Positions 60,163 through 64,000 of a stretch of 64,000 bases of DNA are shown here, piece by piece. How positions within the stretch are numbered: the first letter of the stretch is position 1; each line of letters opens with the position of its first letter. The DNA is from Leucoraja ocellata (taxonomy: Eukaryota). The position numbers were made by a program, and so were the translations under genes. Below the pieces are notes generated by a model, which saw nothing but the letters and a program-made list of their open reading frames with translations, did not search any database and had not been told where the DNA came from. Location of the stretch: assembly GCA_036785375.1 (NCBI GenBank), contig JAWMAR010000478.1, positions 124,001 to 188,000 of the forward strand, given 5' to 3'.

Positions 60163-60469
60163 GTGAGGACATTTATGGGCGAGGGAAGTCAGAGAGCCAG
60201 AGGGTCATACTGTAATGGCCATTTCTAACTTTTACAATGTCCAACTTTCCATTGCCATTACTACACAGGTAAGTAGGAGTGATCTTACACAGACCAAAAC
60301 AGAACAGATCTTCCAGTCATTCTTTATTGAAGTAGTTGTACAAACAAAGTGATGAATGTACCAGGTTCTCTTTATTCTCATACAAGTTGTAACTTCCTGT
60401 CCTCCCGATCTGTGTGAACTGTGTACCCTCCACCTCCTGTAGCTGGTCTGAACCACTCCCTGTCCACTA

Positions 60470-61310
60470 AGCCCATGTGTTATGGGGGATAGTGTGGGGG
60501 AGAGGGGGTTGTGGGGGAGGGGGGTTAGTGTGGGGGAGAGGGGGTTGTGGGGGAGGGGGGATAGTGTGGGGGAGAGGGGTGTGTGGGCTGGGGGTGTGGT
60601 GTGGGGGTGCATTGTGGGGGGGGTGTCGTCAGGGAGGTAAGGGGTTGTGGGGAGAAGGGTTGTGGGGTGGTGAGGGGTGTGTGGGGTGGTGAGGGGTATG
60701 TGGGGGGGGGTTTGGGGAGAGAGGTCTGTGGGCAGGGGGTGTGGGAGGGAGGGGTGTGGGGGTGTTAGGGTGTGGGGGGAGGGCTGTGTGGCAGGGGAAG
60801 GGTGTGGGCAGGGGGGAGAGAGCTCAGAGAAAAGACGGGGGAAGAGCCATGGGGAAGTGTGCGGTATTACGGGGAGGGGGTGCGGGAGCCAGCGAGGAGG
60901 ACCAGAGGGGAAGGGGTTGGGGGTGCGATGTGGACTCACAGCGGGCGCTGGTCACTTCGCTGGTCTCCCTCCTCCGCAAGGCTCGAGGACTCAATCAGCA
61001 TGACTTGAGGACTCAGTCCCGCCTCCGGGGCTTTATTCTCCTCGCCCCGCCCGATGATTAACAGCGGGTGCCAGAAGGGGCGTAACCTTCATGGTGACTG
61101 ACAGGCGAGAAGACCGATCTACTGATCTCACGATTTTTTAAACCTTCATAACTTTTGTGATCAGAACAAAATTTGGTGCACTTGGAGCAGAGGACGGTGA
61201 GTAAGGTGGCGATATATCCTAGCGATATTGGGTACCGTTTTTGCTCAAATTTAAAAACAACGCAAACGGGAAGAGGACAAGATGTGAGTTTTAGTAATGG
61301 TGTTGATAGA
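60470..61310 (-). mobile_element. Non-autonomous Helitron-like element with G/C-skewed low-complexity tract
   Basis: Minus-strand start A|TCTATCAACACCATTACTAAAACTCACATCTTGTCCTCTTCC, homologous to 43748; 3' end not resolved. Confidence 0.55.
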
Positions 61311-62053
61311 TTTGACAAGGTCCCACATAGGAGATTAGTGGCAAAATGAGAGCACATGGTATTGGGGGTAGGCTACTGACATGGATATAAAATTGGTTGG
61401 CAGACAGGAAACAAAGAGTAGGGATTAACGGGTCCCTTTCAGAATGGCAGGCAGTGACTAGTGGGGTACCGCAAGGCTCAGTGCTGGGAATGCAGCAATT
61501 TACAATATACATCAATGATTTAGATGAAGGGATTCAAAGAACCATCAGCAAATATGCAGATGACACAAAGCTGGGTGGCAGTGTGAACTGTGAGGAGGAT
61601 GCTATGAGGATGCTGAGTGACCTCAGCAGGTTGGGTGAGTGGGCGGGTGCATGGCAGATGCAATTTAATGTGGATAAATATGAGGTTATCCTCTTTGGTG
61701 GCAAAAACAGGAAGGCAGATTATTATCTGAATGGTGTCAAGTTGGGAAAAGGGGAAGTACAAAGAGATCTTGTTCATCAGTCACTGAAAGTAAGCATGCA
61801 GGTTCAACAAGTAGCGAAGAATTGCAATGGCATGCTGGTCTTCATTACAGCAGGTGTTGAATATAGGAGCAAAGAGGTCCTTCTGCAGATGTACAGGGCC
61901 CTGGTGAGACCACACCTGGAGTATTGTGTGCAGTTTTGGTCTCCAAATTTGAGGAAAGATATTCTTGCTATTGAGGGAGTGCAGTGTAGGTTCATGAGGT
62001 TAGTTCCCGGGATGGCGGGACTGTCATATGTTGATAAAATGAAGTGGCTGGGC
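61311..62053 (+). mobile_element. CR1 LINE RT fragment
   Basis: ORF 61397-62101: [32 protein letters not shown]. Confidence 0.9.
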
Positions 62054-62089
62054 ATGAAAACAGGCCCATATCCGTGTAAACATCCTCTC

Positions 62090-64000
62090 ACAGAGTTATA
62101 GTGATACATTGTGGAAACAGGCCCTTTGGCCCAACTTGTCCACACCAGCCAACATGCCCCAGCTACACTAGTCCCACCTGCCTGTGCTTGGTCCATATCC
62201 CTGCAAACCAGTCCTATCCATGCACCTGTATAACTGTTTTGTAAATGTCGGGATAGTCACCGCCTCAATGACCTCTAATCCTCTCATGATTTATGCACTA
62301 CTATAAGACTACGTTACAGTTTAGTTTATTGTCATGTTTACCGAGCTACAGTGAAAAGCTTTTGTTGTGTGCTAACCAGTCAGTGTACAGACCACACATG
62401 ATTACAATCAAGCTGTTTACAGCGTTTAGATACACGATAAGGGAATAATGTTTAGTGCAAGGTAAAGGCAGCAAAGTTCGATCAAGGATAGACCGAGGGT
62501 CAACAATGAGGTAGATAGTAGTTCAACGCTGCTCTCTGGTTGTGGTGGGATGGTTCAAGGTGTATCTGTGGTGCGTTTAGTTCAGTTTAGCTTATTGTCC
62601 CGTGTACCGAGGTACAGTGAAAAGCTTTAGTTGTGTGCTAACCGTAAAAAAACTGCATAAAGTTGTGGACACAGCCCAGACCATCGCACAATCCAACCTC
62701 CCTACCATCGACTCCATCTACACCTCACGCTGCCTCGACAAGGTCAGCAGCATTATCAAGGGCCAGTCTCACCCCGGCCACTCCTCTTCTCAAGGGCGGA
62801 AATCTCTTTTAATACATGGGGGGGGGGACACAATTTCCTGGCGGCCCAAAGACAACACAATGTCTACGACAAGCTGCACCTAGTCGACGATTAATATGGT
62901 TTAATCTACAATTTGAGTGGGAGAAGGGAAAATCAGAAATGTCAGCAGCATTTAGAAGGATGAGAGGCAATCTTATTGAAACATGTAAGATTGTGAAGGG
63001 ATTGGACACTAGGGGCAGGAACCATGTTCCCGATGTTGGGGGAGTCCAGAACCAGGGTCAACAATTTAAGAATAAGGGGTCGGCTGGTTAGCACACAACA
63101 AAAGCTTTTCACTGTAGCTCGGTAAACATGACAATAAACTAAACTGTAATGTAGTCTTATAGTAGAGTATAAATCATGAGAGGACACTGCTCTAGGAAGG
63201 AAGCTGAAAGGGTGCAGAGAAGATTCAAGACAATAGACAATAGGTGCAGGAGTAGGGCATTCGGCCCTTCAAGCCAGCACCGCCATTCAATGTGATCATG
63301 GCTGATCATCCACATGCAGTACCCCGTTCATGTCTTCTCACCATATCCCTTGACTCCGCTATCTTTAAGAGCTGTATCTAACTGTCTCTTGAAAGCATCC
63401 ATTGAATTGGCCTCCACTGCTTTCTGAGGCAGAGAATTCCACAGATTCACAATTCTCTGGGTAAAAACGTTTCTCCTCATCTCCGTTTTAAATGGCCGAC
63501 CCCTTATTCTTAAACTGTTGACCCTTGTGACACTAGTCCCACCTGCCTGTGCTTGGTCCATATCCCTGCAAACCAGTCCTATCCATGTACCTGTATAACT
63601 GTTTTGTAAATGTTGGGATAGTCTCTGCCTCAACGACCTCCTCTGGCAGCACATTCCATACACCCACCACCCACTGTGTGGAAAAGTTTCCCCTTAGATT
63701 CCTATTAAATCTTTTCCCCCTCACCTTAAACCTATGCTTTCTGATGTTCGATTCCCCTACTCTGGACAAGAGACTCTGTGCATCTACCCGATCTAATCCT
63801 CTCATGATTTATACACTACTATACGACTATGTTACAGTTTAGTTTATTGTCATGTTTACCGAGCTACAGTGAAAAGCTTTTGTTGTGTGCTAACCAGTCA
63901 GTGTACAGACCATACATGATTACAATCAAGCTGTTTACAGTATTTAGATACATGATAAGGGAACTGGTGTGAAAACGCACATCTCCAGATTCAGGGACAG
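62090..64000. mobile_element. Mosaic of CR1 and Rex1-type 3' fragments with local direct and inverted duplication
   Basis: CR1 C-terminal ORFs in both orientations and a repeated composite junction at ~62278, ~63085 (inverted) and ~63795. Confidence 0.75.

Overview
Eukaryotic, repeat-dense vertebrate DNA. The HER1-type CR1 LINEs, HE1-type V-SINEs and Neptune-type Penelope elements point to a cartilaginous fish, probably a skate or ray (inference). Host genes are: (1) an intact two-exon class A GPCR of the GPR139/GPR142-like type (8616-11727, +); (2) a Siglec/MAG-like Ig gene (signal-peptide, V-set and several C2/I-set exons, 45369 to beyond 60162, +) carrying a ~4.9-kb internal tandem duplication and exons broken by a LINE insertion or frameshift; (3) decayed PRDM9-like pieces in unexpected order, with the terminal zinc-finger exon at ~17.6 kb upstream of a CpG promoter at ~23.5 kb and a PRDM9/SSX-type KRAB exon at 25.4 kb, plus an unidentified head-to-head minus-strand gene remnant. 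The rest is nested mobile DNA: a ~10-kb hAT (Tip100/ZMYM1-like) transposon containing a CR1 and a HERO/R2-like RLE retrotransposon (itself interrupted by a SINE-like element), a Helitron-borne 51/36-bp satellite, other Helitrons, Rex1, L2, RTE, Gypsy and Penelope fragments, and a 1-kb non-autonomous DNA transposon with a 7-bp TSD. The most striking candidate novelty is in the HERO-like element: its 3' UTR holds a complete hammerhead-ribozyme core with the three strands in reversed, non type I/II/III order, and the element carries a copy of its own 3' terminus at its 5' end.
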